Below are positions 12,565-27,380 of a stretch of 64,000 nucleotides of DNA, in pieces. This DNA is from Daphnia carinata (Eukaryota), in NCBI RefSeq assembly GCF_022539665.2, contig NC_081333.1, positions 1,178,001 to 1,242,000 of the forward strand, read 5' to 3'. Both the position numbers and the translations under genes were made by a program. A model generated the notes under the pieces. That model saw only the letters and a program-made list of their open reading frames with translations, searched no databases and was not told the origin of the DNA. Position 1 is the stretch's first letter, and the number at the start of each line of letters is the position of its first letter.

Positions 12565-15500
12565 TACTGATTTCACGGGTTCGAGTCTTTGTTGTTATTG
12601 TGTTTAAATGTTTTTATAAATAATTTTTAATAATATTTATTTTGTTTACCCGAGTTCTTTTGAAACACTACTGCCTGAACTTCTGTTTCATCTTCTAGGC
12701 TTCGGTGGGAGCAGCGATGGTCGGAGCCTTGTTTATCTGTCGTTTTGCGGGTACTTGTGTCACTGCCTTTTAATAAGTAAAAAGGTATGTACCTTATGTA
12801 TTTATTACTTATTTTACCTTTTGTCAAACGATGGTGGGGAACACAAAAATATTTAACTTGTAGCTATCCTGTACGTTATGCCTACATTAACCTATATTAT
12901 ACACCCGATATTAAAACATGTTATTCACAACACTTATGATCCCTTTTAGTATTACGATAGAATTGCGGTTTGTGGTTCTCTTGGCGTTTTATTCCTAGAT
13001 GGCGTGACGGTTTAACCGCTAACTTTTAAAGAGAACTTTTGACGATGACGGAATGACGAATTGGTAATGGGACACTCATAGAGTTCCATATTGTTGTGTT
13101 TCACGTTATGAAGAGTAGGCGAGGTGGGGTAGGGAAAAGTGCAGTAAGTAGAGGAGACATTTTACTTCAAAACGAGGAAATCCGATCGGTCCGTTATACA
13201 CCACCTCACCCGCTCCGACCTGAACCGCGTGAACACAAGCCACAGCTCGCGTGACAGGCTTCGGTCATGAAAAATAATACGCTGCATGCATCTTAAGTTG
13301 TTCATTTCTACCCTCGATCCCTTCCCCCCTTCCCGAATGCATGATAATAATTCATTTATAATTCAACTCCTACGTCTGTCTACGGACATGGATCGCATAT
13401 ATTTCTAAACTTCCTTTAACTTCCAGCTTATCGGGTAAAGTTTGATGATTTAACAGGTTGGTTTATGGCGGGCTTCCCTCAATCAGCTTTGGCTGCAAGG
13501 GGCCCTACATAAACGACAGATGAGCTGCTTGATGACAGCCCACTTGAACTTTTAATTCACTCGTCATTCGTTCCGCTTACATTTCAACTAACAGAAAAGG
13601 AAAGATTCAAAATGAAACTTTGTATCCAACGAATTGAATAGTATAGCACGTTCAGACCAAGAGCAGTTGAATAAGAAAATAAAAAAATAAGGCAGACGGC
13701 TACATTTCCTGCATAGCTGTCATCGATTAATCAAGCCCGTCTCTACTTGCCAAAGAATCTTTGTTTCATTGCGGCTCGTAGCGCTAATATTTTCCTACGA
13801 CGGCCATCAGCTTACGTCACTCTATAGACCCGTGCCAGCCGAACTGGGCCGAGAAAAATAAAAATGAATGAATACAGTATTCCTATTTCTCTTTTTTTTT
13901 TTCCAACTATCCTTCTTTCACGTGTTGTAAATACATAATGGAACAAAGCCAAAAACATAAGAAGAAACGGGCGGCTTTGATTCGACACACACAACCATAT
14001 ACTGTATACATTTTTGTAGCTGCAAGAGCTGACGGCCCTTCAGACGATGTTATACGAACGAACGTTCGTCCTTTCCATTCCAGTGGCATTTCATGAAGAT
14101 CTATTACCCATCTCAATTCGGAATAGACCGAGTAGGCATGAACCGTAGTCATTTCGGAGCTTCTATTCGGCGGCCGTTGCTATTTTGTAGGATCATTAAA
14201 CAGAGGAAACTTTCAAATTTTTTGTTTTTAACGTTGCCATTTGTATGTGTGTGTGTCTGTGTGATTACATACTTTTCATTGCCAATTCAGTTGGCCTTGT
14301 ATGGAGTAGGAAATTGTGAAGATGAAATTTAGGCTAGCTGTGTACCAGATGTAAACAATGTTACCGATCGTCTGATCTATTTCGAGGAAGAGGACCGTGG
14401 ACGTTCCAAAAATAAGAAAACTACTTCCACGTTCTAGATATATACAAGTGGCGAATCTTCTCCATCTCTTAAACAATCGTTTTTATATTTTGAGAATTTC
14501 TTTAGAAACAGTGGGTGTGCCGTAGATTTTAAATGTTTAGAAATACTATAAAGTCACTGCTGCAGCCCGAGTCGTTTGTTTATAATTACGTTCATCCCTT
14601 CCACTGGCGAAATCGTAAAATGTGTTTTTTACTTGCTCCGCAGGCAAACAGAAGGTCTCTAACGAAAATGCATGGAACTCCAACAACTGAAGCGAATAGA
14701 AAAAAGAAGAAAGACGAAAAAGAGTAATTGTCGTCCCACCTGATATGGCTTAGCATCTAGTCTAAACTGAGCTAGAGCTGAACAAAACAAATATATACCA
14801 GTTCCTAACTCTGCGACGGATTGATGCTGAGCCATTGCTATGTGTGTGTGTGTGTGTGTGTAACCAAGCCGAAGGTTTTGGCTCTTACTTGCAACGCATT
14901 GCTCGCCTCTGAATCATTGCTACGCTGGAATACTAAAAGCATGCCAGTTGCTGGCGAAACGTCAGTAAATTAAACCTCCATCTTGCTGACACGGTAGACG
15001 AATTGTTAAAACTTGTTACTGTACGATAACCATTGAATCGGTCCGCGGGCTGTTTCGTGTGCCGGGCGTGTGTTTCTGTATTTTTTTTTTTTGCACGCAT
15101 AAACAAAATGAATACAATGAGGGACTCCTGAAATAGCGACCTCCCCAAAAGAGAAAAGGCGGACAACTGTAACAAGAAAATGCCCTTCATTCACGCTGAA
15201 CCAGTTTTCTCATCGTGTCCAGACACGCGCCAGCAGGAAGTAGACTAGCCGGGACGAAAAACCACGCCGAGAATGAAAAGAGCATCAGCCAGCATTTTTT
15301 CAAAACAAAGGCGTTCAATTTTTCCCGTTCTACAAAAGACTGTACTATGATTAAGAAGACTACACGCTAAACATTGTTCGAGTCCGTGATTATCGTTTCC
15401 CGCTGGTTTCGTGCGACATGTCCACGTGACCAGTTTGATACGGTGTGGCAGCGCAAGGCGACAGTGACAGATCTCAGTTGATATACATTCACGATTACGT

Positions 15501-18500
15501 TTGATACTGCCTATAATAAGAAAGAGCGTGAAGGCGATCGTGATTGCGTCAGATTCCCTGCCGCACGTCATGCGAAGAAAAAGAAAGAATTAAGAATTTA
15601 GCGAGAACCTTTCTGCCATCGGTTTGATGATTTTTGCTTGCCGTGTGCCAATGTGGTTTTCGGGCGGGACTGAAATTAGTCAGCACGATCAGCGAAAGTA
15701 ACCGCGGTCTCCACCCGATCCATCCAGTTTTTTCGCATTTCTCTAACACGCAATGTTGGCTGACATTTTTGTTTCTAAAGCTAACGGGGCAATGGTCATC
15801 AACACGTTCAGGTTATGACGTGTGTAACGTTGTGTTTCACTTGTCCATCATTTGAGACTGTGAACAAACAGTGAAAGCAAGAAACAATGGCTAAGAAAAA
15901 GCCATTTGATTGATGTTATAAACATTTCCCATGCGTGACACGTGATTCTCCTGAATACGCTTATATTTGTTTTTTGTTTTTTTTTCAAATTAAAGGAGAA
16001 CGAGATAATGAGTCTTCTTCCGGAACGTATGTAAATTTTTGTATTATTACAAGTCGCTTTGTTTGCCAATGGGACGAATATGGGAGGGCGGCCTTTTGAG
16101 CGCGACGGAACAGCGAAACCTGTTTCTGAAATGGTAATCAGATTGCTAGTACACGACATCGTACTTATACTTTCTGAAACATTATAATGCGAATTCCAGA
16201 TCGCGCCACCGGGACGTCAAAATGAAAACCGCTCCCTACCGTCGTTCTCCTTTATTTCTTTATTATACTCGTTTGCCAGGATTAGGTCTGTAACGATTCA
16301 AAAAGTGGACTCTGGATTTGGAATGGATCGGCTCTAACGAGTCGAACATTCCGGTTTAGAAAAAAAAAAAAGTTACATAACAACCGGATTAGCAATAGAA
16401 ACATCAGCTAATAGGTGGCCCATCCATTTCTATTCGGCTTTGAAAAAAAACAAAAAAACTATAAAACTATGGAAGAGAGTGATGACTCATAAGGACTCGG
16501 TTTGTCTTTCTCCTTATTTTGGACTGTTTTCCCGTCTTTCCCGTTTCTGCACGTATGAGCCAAATGTTGCGGGATGAGTCAATAATACTGGGAAGACGGC
16601 GATGTATAAGGCGTTGGCTCTCCATTCATTTCAAAATTGTTTTTTTTTTTTAGCTATTTGTTTGCGCCAGCCTTTCTCACTGCAGGGTTCGTGTGGGTTA
16701 AATCGCATGACGCAATGACGGAAGTGGTCCGACATCACGTTCTGCACCCAGCAATCCCACTTCCCTTTCTCTATTTTATTATTATTATTTTTTTTTTTTG
16801 TACAGTAGTCAAACATAAAACTATACGCCGATCTCATCATATGGTCACGGACAAACCCCACGCAATGCACATTTTTTTTTTTCAATTATTTTTTTTTTTG
16901 CCTTTTTATTGTTTCTTTTTTTGTTGAATGAAAAAAAAAAAAAAAAAAAGAAGTTGGCCCTGAGTTAGGGGTAGCGGGAATAGCATGCCATTATCCCGTC
17001 AACTATTAGCTTGTATTTCATTTTGATGGTCGACATTCACGCGCTCCATTTGCAGTAGAACAAAAAGAAAAAGCGAAGGGCCATTTATTTTTGCGCTCTC
17101 AGCTCTGCGTTTTGTCAAGCAGAAAAAAAAAAAATAGCGAGGAGGAGGGGGTTCTTTTTACATAGACGGAAACAAAATAACACAATAGCAATATGGCAGA
17201 AACATGCGAAATATAATTGGAAATTCAGCTCTCAAATTGCGCTAATCAAATAGCAATCCAATAATCAATGACTGCACTAATAACTCTGGAAGGCTTTTCA
17301 AAGCTGTTCAAATTTCCACACGCTATCGCCTTAAAAAATAAATTGACTTTTCATAGTGAACGCTTTATTGAATTCTTTCGTGCATATTTATTTCGAAACA
17401 CCCTACTCCTCCCCTCATCACAATGAGCATAGCACATAGAATCGTGACACGCATTTGACCGAGGTGTTATGTATACCTTGAAACTTCGGGTCCGTTGAAC
17501 CAGAGAGAGAAAGAAAAGGAATTCGATTTCATCGAATCGTATAGACGGCTCAGCCATTGAGCCGAGAGTTGTGTGTATTAACACAAAAACGCATTCGTCA
17601 GGTTTCTTGTTCAACCCTTTTCAACCGGTTCACATCCGCCCATCGATAAGGGAGCGTGCAATATCACACCGAGACCTGAGCTCAGTATACGGTCAGAGAA
17701 GGCGATACGGCAGGAAAATGAAAGGATGACGGGGTCGGGAGTTGCCTCCATTACGCTCATTCCATTTTCAAATTAAAAATGAATTTCAAAGAAAATCCAA
17801 CTGTATTTATTATTATTATTATTTTTTTAAAGGTGAAATTTCGTGTGGTGCAATCGAATGTATCCTGGATTTCAGTTGGCATCAGATCACAATTGGGTGG
17901 CATCTCGTCTTCAATCTGCCCTTTTCTTTTTTTTCTTTTTTATTTATTGGCATTGTTCTCGATTCCAGATTTTGTTTTTGTTTTTTTCTCTCGTTGATTT
18001 CGTGTTCAGCCTGTGTACCGTCCTCGATCGAGAATTGCGCAACTTTCTCTGGCCAAAAGAGATGCGGCTGGAGGCTGTTTGGATTTGCGCAGGATACGTT
18101 GGCCGTGTTCAAAGGTCTTTTTATTTTTTGTGTGTTACCTTCACCGAACCTTTGCAAGGGTAGATCGTGCTCAATACATTGGAGACGAAAACACACACAC
18201 ACACACACACACACAAACGTTCGGAGCCATAACACAGATTGCCGTGGGTTGCCGCCCGTGATCGTTAAAAAACGGCATAGCCGAAAAATGCCATCGCAAA
18301 CACCCAAAACTACATTAAGAAAACCCTTTTCAAAAATGATTCGTTTTACAAGGTTATTACATCACGTGTTTGGTGCCGTATTTGATTTCATTTGTTTAAG
18401 AAGTTCCTTTTCATTCATATGAACGTCCCGCTGCGTTGGAGGCCATTTATATTCGTATAGCAAAAAAAAAAAAAAAAAGAAAAAGGTTATTCCCTTCTCT

Positions 18501-21500
18501 TTTCTTTTCATCTCTAGATATTCAATTTGACTGCCGTACATGTTTTGTTTTTTTCCTTTTCGCCAAAGACTGACATTGTTGTTGGTTAGAACTTTTTTCG
18601 GCTGAGTGACGAGCCACTCTCAGTTTTTGCTCTCTTGGCGCCCATCGGTTTATATTATTTCACCGTCTTCCCTTGTCTGAATTTGTAGTAGTTTCACGTC
18701 GTGGGCGGTTTTGAAAAAAAAAAAAAAAATACTAACATCAACAATGGCAGCTACGTAAAAATGGTTGTATGCCAAGGTTGTATTTTTTTGCGTCTCTTTT
18801 GCCAAGGAACTTACACACATCGCAAGTGAGAGTGACGTAATGCTGACGGTGTGTAGGCCATCGCCGAAAGTGAGTTACAAGAGCCTCTCTCTACAGTTAA
18901 AATTGAAACCATTTAACCTGTCCCCCCCCTTTTTTTTTCTCACTCCGTCTAATGTTGTGGTCTATTTATTTGTCCACAGTCGAACAAAAAAGATGACGGG
19001 CCACTGACAGAAACTGGGCGAATAAATGAAGACAAGTATATACATGTAGAATGAATCGTCCGCAGTTCATTGAGTCACGCCACTCCTTCACGAACGCCCA
19101 TCACTGCCCCTTTTTTTTTGAGTGAATCGTCTACTTCGCGTCCTGTTTATGGTTTTCGTTCTCTCTATTTGGGCTTTCAGATCTTTTTGATTTGCCTATA
19201 TGATAATTGTGGTTTATGTTTTTCAAACTGCTAAAAGCGTTGATGTTGTAGTGACATCATCATCACGGGCTGATGGGCCTCAACGTGTCTGCGTGTTCTT
19301 ATTTATGACGCACACCGCAGCCATCAAAGTAAATGCGAAGCAGGTGATTTCTACCAACCGATTTGAATTTTGTTTTGTTTTGTTTTTGCTCGAAAAGCCC
19401 TTTTTATCTCCCGGCTAGATCCAGCAAAAAATAAAAGAAAAGGAGCAGCTGGAAGAATGCGTCTATTTTTGAGCAGCAACAACATCGCGTCCCGATAAAA
19501 AAGTAAAAAAACCCACCTCCGCACACACACACACACACAGAGCAAAAAAGAAGCCGGTTATAAGAGAGAAGCCGTATATATTTATATATACCCGTAGCCG
19601 CAGATAGAATAGGAACAAGAGGTATAGATGATGTCTACGGTATTTCTCACCGGTTTCTGAACCCTCCTTCGAAATTCAAAGCGTATGCCTCTTACGTCTA
19701 TGGTATTTCTTGTTTCCCCCTACAATCTCTTGAGTCAAGTTGATGGCCTCCGTCCTTCTAAACAAATCATAAAAATCCACTATTCCCCCCTCCCCCCCCC
19801 CTTTTTTTTTAAGTATCTGACGTCATTTGTTCGGCCATATAATGCGAATAGTGGCTCTAGTCCACCGTACAATTTAACGTCGGCTTTATTTTTCTATTGG
19901 GGCTTGTTCGTTTGTTTTTTTTTGTCTACGGACCATGTGTAGGGATAGCAATAACTTTCTATGTCGTATATGCAAAGGAGATTGTGCCGTTCCAACAACG
20001 GTTAAGTCGATTGGGTCCGTGTTCGTCAGGATTATTGGAATGATGCGTGCGTTGAATGACCCCGCAGGCTCGTGCGTGCCACCATAGAATGTCCGATCAA
20101 CCAGCGCTCACGCTACATCGCTAAAGGAAAATGTCTTTAAACGAAAAAAAAAAAAGAAATAAGGAAAGAAAGACATATAAGTTGAAACGACCGTTGTTCC
20201 AGGCATCTTGCGACAGGCTTAGGCGAATTGTTTATCGATTGGAATCCGAACGTTGGACGATCTTTCATTGATTGCGTTTCTTTGATTCTCTTAAACGTGA
20301 CGGGTTGACGTTACACTTTAGTATGTTAAAAAAAAACAAAAAAAAACAATAATATGACATGAAGAATAGAAAATAGATCGAATTTGAAATGGAAAAAATG
20401 TAAGGAAACAAGAATCTCCAAAGAACCTGAAAAGGTTTGTGTTTGGCGGAGAACTGTCGTATCAAAGAGACATGATGGATAGGTGTCGACCGAGTATTTT
20501 TAAAGAAAAACCCATCGCTCCTGTTTTTTTTGTTTTTTTTTACTGTCCTCCTCCCAATATGCGTTGTGGTTTTGTCCCTTGGCTATGTTTTATTTCCCCC
20601 CTCTCCATGAAATAATTCTCGAAATTTTGGAATATACGTTTTCGTCGTTCTACCTGGTCATGTTTTCTTGGCAGGCCTTAAACGGCTATGTGGCGCTTTA
20701 TACGGTGATGTCAAAAGCCGGTAGCCCGAGACTTGTGTGTACGTCCTACTGATGATCCTTGATTTGAAGGATATCCATCAAACATGCATGCATATCTGTT
20801 TATCTCGACTGTATAAGAGATATCTGAGCATATAGGCCTACGTAGACATTGTTGTACCCTCTCTCTCTCTCTCTGCGTGAGATGCCCTTTTAAAGCAAGA
20901 GGGGAAGACATTCATCAACGAAAAACATCTTTTTGGCGTATTGTTTTGAAACGATATAGAGACGGCAAGGAAGGACATTCTCCCTTTTCGTGTTGGAACC
21001 TTTTGTCCTGGCATAGGGAAAGATGATGAATCCCCTTCGCCATCGGAATCTCTTTCTATCTTTTTCTTCGATATTTTTTACGATTGAAACTACTTAAGAA
21101 GATTTCCTTGGATTCTTTTTAGTTTTAGTTTTGTTTTTTTGTTTTTTTGCATGATCCATTTCCTTGATATTCGGAAACATGTGTCGTATGTCGATAGTTC
21201 CTCTTGACTTCTTTTATTGTTTCATTCGCTTCCATTAGCTTTAGTGGAATCTCAAAAGGACAAGCTGACGAGAGCCAATGCTGAAGAAAGGAAATAAAAA
21301 AAAATGTCTGCCAATTCTGATGAAAGGCAGCCTCCATATCGTCGTGAAAGCATCACGAAAGAAATATAGGCACACAAATTAATAAGTAATGGCTTACTTC
21401 TTTTACGGTTATCATTGCCTAGAAACTGCGGGTCACGAACAGCTTCCCTTTTTTTTTTACACATAAACGACTGCACGATGCATCAAATCACGCTGAACAT

Positions 21501-24500
21501 GCCATAGTCCAAAGTCGACCAATCTTTAACCGAACGCACTTCTCATTTAAAAAAGAAAATAACAACATCCATATGAATACACGATCGATTTGGGAAATGC
21601 AACTCTACAGAGCAGACGTGGCTGCCATGTTCAACGTGAATTATCTGAACATCACGATTGAACGTTGCAATGCTGATGGCAACTCGTTTCACTGCTGGGT
21701 TTATTGTTATTGGTTAGCCAAAATCACGACCAATTGTAGAGTGAAACGGTAGAACGATGAACGTTATCGTATCGCCGTTTAATGTATATACTCATACCAA
21801 TGGAAATGGACAGTTCGTGTTCGATGCCAACCCACTGACCGACATCCGCTCTTCCTCTTCTATACCGCATTGTCTTACACACTCAATCGTCTAAGAATTA
21901 TACATAACGGCTTCATTCATTATCGAAGAGCTTTGTTTAGTTGTGTACGCACCTGGCAAGTCTATTATCGTTCCATCACACACTGGCAGTTCATCCTCAC
22001 GCAATCGACCATTATTAAGCCTATTACTCGTACATTTATGTATCGTATATATAGTCTATCGTCGATAATCATCCGGAACTAGCACTCTGCTGCTATTATT
22101 TCAGTCCATCATCATTCGTTTGAAAAACGTGTTTTCTTTTTTCTTCCCCCCCCCCCCATTTCCTCTTTGTCTTTCTCTCTCCCCCCATCGTCAAGTTGTT
22201 ATTGATTCTTCTCTCGTGTTTCCGTTGATGGAGTCGCTTTAAAACACACGTCGTTTGCTTTTTTTTTCAATGTAATAACATACAAAAAATGCCGAGCTTT
22301 GTTCTCGCAAACTCGTCGAGCAGCTAAGGACAACGTACAAACCCGCTGCCGCCCAGACGTGAGGTTTTTTAAATATATATTTTTATTTTTTTCGAAAATA
22401 AACAGAACGGAAAAGAAATAGCCGTGAAGGTCGTGACTGCTTACAAGAGGGGAAAAAGAAAAAGGGGAAGAAGAAAAACAAGACGAACATTTTCACCTAC
22501 CCAGAGGCGACTATGTAAATGAGTGTGTTCGTATTACGCGAAGACGCTGGCCCATCTGCGTCTTCGCATAAACAAGACACCCATTATGAAATTTAATCCG
22601 ATTGGGCAAGAAATGAGCGGAAAAAAAAATAGAAAATAAACGCTCGCTTTTTTATTAGACAATCATCTTCTTTTGTTTTTTTAAATTTATAGTTTGGAAC
22701 TCTTAACCCTGTCGGAACGTGTTTGAACTAATTGATAAAACGATGGCCCACACAATCAGGAAATGGAGTGTGAATGACATGCACACTCCTTCCTTTTTTT
22801 CAATGTTTATTTTGTTATTATTCTGCATAGACACTGTTCGCTATACGTCGATATACAATCTGAAATATTATTTGCTTTTTCCTCTTCCGCAGCACACCAT
22901 TCCTTCCCCTCCCCTCCCAAATATGAACAACCGGAAGCCGACCCTTTACCTGATGGTTGTTTTTTTTTTTTTTTTTTAATTTTATTATGATTTTTTATAG
23001 TAAGGGTCTGTGAGTTTGCACGGACTTTCCTCTGACGTTGGCACGGTTTGCCATATATGTGTTATTAATGATTCCATTTTTTTTCTTTTTCAGATGGAAG
23101 AGCTTTTGGGATGTTGCCGACCTGACAAAACCGTAAAGGGGCTGACAGAGCCACGCAGTTGCAATCCTGCATATTATTGGATGTATAATATGAAGGTCGC
23201 GATCCAAATGCCACCCGAAAAAAATAAAAACAAACAACCAAAAAGGAAGTGCACACTCACAGCACACACACGAAGTATCGAATATAATTGAGAACTCAAA
23301 AAGAGGGTAAGGCAACCGGTGTGCATCACCAACCCTCATGACGGTATATAGGTATAAAGGCAGTAAGGTGCGCGGATGTTGTTCTGGTCGGTGTGCCAAC
23401 TCCCTGGATAAGCCTTTTGGCGATTTGTATTTTGGGTGTGGTCGACAGCCTTAATATATGAATAATGACCTTCCTCCATTTTGTTTTGTTTTTTTCCCTT
23501 TATGTTGCGTCATTAAGGGCTCGGTTTTTAATCGCCGATGATTGCTCTTTTTTATCACTCGGTGGCATTCTCTACGCCGAAGTGTTGAATATCGCATTTA
23601 TTAACGATCCGAATCTTATCGAAAAATATTATTTTTTTTTTAATTTCGTGTGCAGTTCAAAAGACTGGCGGCGAGATGACCTGCTCTCTGTTTAGTACAC
23701 ACCAGTGAATATGATTGCAATTAGCCAGTTCTAAGAACCCAATTAATTTTCATGACCCGTTTTCACGCACGGCAATCATCCCGATCCATTCACAAATGCA
23801 TTTTCTCGTTTTTCCAGTTTTCCCCCCATTTTTTTTGTTTTTCTTTTGTTTTTACGTCGCATTACATTTTAATTGTTTGAAACGTCTGCCCAAGTCAGAT
23901 GGTCTGTGACTTTAATTGCCTTTCTACTGCAGTTAGTCAACAAATCGCATGTACTACTCGACCCGCCTGTCAGCTGCCCGTTTGCCAGTTGTTGAATTAG
24001 ACCGGTTGGCTAATCATGCCGTCATCATCCGTCCTCACAAAAAAAGAAAAAAGAATCGTCATAACCTGTCAATCGTTTGCGGTAATGCGTTGGCAAGACG
24101 CGTCATCGATCCCCACAATTTATCGTTCTCCGGTTGCATATCTATTTCCCGCTATTCATCATCTCAAAGATTGCAGCTTCCCCCTCCCCCCCCCTTTTTT
24201 TGCGTGGCCCATTTCGTAACCACGCCGTGATCGAGCGATGACTCAACAAACGAAAAAAGCAAAAAAAAAAAAAAAAAAAAAAATCGTGTTCACGTTGTAT
24301 CGTGTGTATCCAAAATGGCCGTGTAAAGGCTCTAAGGATCCTCCTTCCTAGCGAAAAAGAAAGCAAATAAATAGCTAAAAAGAAAAGGGAAAATCAAGTA
24401 CTTGTGTATACACACAGCTACTGCTGTATTTCGTGTTTGATTTGGCGGAAAAAAAAAAAAAAAAAAAGGCAGAAATAGCGACCGGCACTGGGAAGTGGGA

Positions 24501-24559
24501 GAGAAATGGGAGGGTCTCATTCCCGCCGACAGCGACCGCAAGAGGGACCCCAAAACGAA

Positions 24560-24888
24560 GAGAATAAGAGAGAAGGAGAGAATTTCTCGGGTCTTAGTCT
24601 TCCTTCGCTAGTCGAACTGTTCGCACGCTGATTTTATAGCTCTTTTCTCCATCTAAATCAAAAGTGAAACAAAAAGAGAATAACAAATTAAATTTCCTCG
24701 GCTATCGATCCGCGCGTGTGTGTCACGAAGCCAATCTCGGTGGACGATTTGCCTCAATAGAGAGCCAACAGTGTGTGTGTGTGTGTGTGTAAACAGATCG
24801 AAATCGTTGATCAGACTGTGACAAGCCAAGGAAAGAAAAAAAAAGAAGTTATTTAGACACACCTCATTTGATCGTCACACCTGTCGAG
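24560..24888 (+). promoter_or_regulatory. Candidate core promoter and non-coding first exon of the Connectin-like gene
   Basis: GA-rich tract at 24560-24580, Inr-like TTAGT at 24594-24598 and a perfect GAG|GTAAGT donor at 24889. A matching strong acceptor (T-tract...TTCAG) ends at 31743, just upstream of the ATG. Confidence 0.4.
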
Positions 24889-27347
24889 GTAAGTGTCAAC
24901 TCTGAACAGTTTTGCTTTTGAAATCGATCAGTATTACTTTGTTTTTATTTTTTACTGTAACATGTATTGGTTTAAGAAAAACATTTTGGACAAACGAGTC
25001 TAGACTTGAAACCTAAAGCCGGTTTCTATCTTAGCCACTAGACATGTAATGTTATTTTGTTTGTGTTTTCAAGAAGAAGAAAATCGAATGAGTCCCATTT
25101 TGACGAAACATCGGTGTTAAAGAGTTACGGGGTCCCGCCCGTATCAGTTGTAGGCATCATTGAATAATTGGCTCGCTAATGTGTTTTTTTTTTTTTTTTC
25201 TTCGGGGCGTTGGCGCCGATAAACGCTTCTAGTTTATCTTTGAAACGTGCAAACCTTTTATTTTGCGCCGCTTTTTCTTGTTCTTTTTACCGGTTCGCCC
25301 ACACGTTCACCAGAAGATGGGGTGTCACCAACAAAAAGGCGGTCTTGACCAAAACCATTTCCGATCGGAATAAATTCCATTAACACACACACGCACACTT
25401 AAACGAAGAAACGGAAGGAGGTACCCGCGTTGATACGTTCCATCGTATACGCAGATAATATTTTATCTAATAAAACCTGTGGGCTAGTGGTTGCTAAAAA
25501 TGTGTATTTTAAAGAGAGAAAGGAGGGATGGGGGGGGGGGAAATGGTGTGTGTGAATTTCAGTATGTGCAGCTGCTCGGGGCTTGATCGCCCCGTGCTGG
25601 GCTTGCGGGGGTTTAGCCTTTTGCGTGGGCGATTGTCTTTTCTTTTATTTTTTTTGTTACCATAGCGGCATTTTGTTGGATCATTAGCGATTCCGTTGAA
25701 CTCAAACTTCCTCCTTTTGATTTTTTTAAAAACCAAATCTAGAACTCGTTCCAGATTTTCTATACTGCCAGTTGAGATACTCAAGAATTTCGACATTGAT
25801 GGAACTTAAGTTTCGCTTTGCGGATGTGCGGAATGTTTCCGCAAACCGTCATAAAAAAAACAAAACAAAAGAAGAGATGGCGAAAGCGGGGCAAGTTCCG
25901 CTCTCTATCGATCCGTTCTGCACAAGCGAGTAGAAACTTACTCTTGTTTATTTATTATGGCCCCGTCTAGCCATTTTGTTTCTTTCTGCTTTTTCGCAAC
26001 GCTATGTACGCACCATTATTTGTTCCCCGCTGTCCTGGTTTCTTCGTAGCAACGGCCATCTATTCTGCTGGTTGTGCGAGCAGCCAAGTTCATTTATATC
26101 ATTGTCTGTCACGTTTTGTTAGAGCCTCGTTCCACAGCGCTACAAAAAAAAACAAAGGAGATGTTAAAAGAAGAAGGAAATCCCAAAAAATAATAGTTAA
26201 TTCTGCACGTTTATTATTATTTTTTTTTTTCTCTTTTTTTGTGATGACATCAACGTGCCCGACCCAATGAACCGGTTTCTGCGATTCGTCGTGACTTTGT
26301 TGACGTTTCCAATCCATTGGGTGCCATTTTTTTTTTTCTTTTCCCGACATAGTTGACACTGATGGCCGTGATTGCGATCGCTCTGATCTAGAAATGTATT
26401 GGGCGTTCCATTGTTTGAGAAAACTACGGCCATTTTGCGGCCGCACATTTCACAGCCACTGATCGCTTTCTTTTCACGTATTTTATTGTTGTTCGCTTCG
26501 GGTTGACAGTTGTTCGTCATTTCCTCTTGCTTTGACCGTAGTTTGAAAGAGCATCGCAGATAACAACGAGTGACAGGCCGTAAAAGAAGCTTCTGAGATT
26601 GACACCCGTCTTCTCCCCTTTTTTTCTCTTAAAATGGAAACTATCAAACAAGAAGCAATTAAATGTGGCGGTCGTTCGTTCAATCTTGTCCCTCTCTTCT
26701 TCTTTTTTCGATTTCTCCAACGGATAGCGGCGGAAGGAGTTGGGCAATTTTCCAAAAAAACAAACAAAACACGGCCCTGTCATTTCTCTTGTACCGATTG
26801 CCATCATCCGACCTTAAAATACCAACAACCGGTTTATCAAAAGCCATGTGATCTTTGATCTAATGTTCGTTAATAGATTATCAATGTGTCGAGTCCATCT
26901 CTTGAATTCCTGAAACTTGCGGAAAACCCAATTGAAAACGATGCTTCTCTCGTTTTTCGAACGAAAAAATGCAGAGATGGACGTTCCGTTAAATTGACGC
27001 AGTTGTTCAGCAAAAGAAACCTGAGCCATTGGCTGACATTGCGTGTTTATTTCTTTATTTTTTTTTTTTCTTTTAAAAATAAATGTGAAGCCCGCCGGCT
27101 AGCGTTGCCTCCATTGCCGAAGAGAGGTTAGTGTGTGTGAGTGTGTAACACTTGACGTGGAAAAAGAAGCGTGTGGTCTGAACGAACCGGGTCCCCACTT
27201 TCTTCTTACCACTTGATGATGATCATAACATCTGATGATATGAGCTATTGTTTCACCATGCATTCATGTTTCTTGACAAAGATGGCTCACCCCGACAGAA
27301 CCAATGAGATGGCCCACAGCGGGGGCTGATTGGCACTGCCACCCAGA

Positions 27348-27380
<33 letters not shown>

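Noticed and set aside
17742..18422. 226-aa ORF
   Set aside because: It is built from poly-T, (TAT)n and (AC)n tracts, has a non-ATG start and shows no domain pattern, so it is a low-complexity chance ORF.
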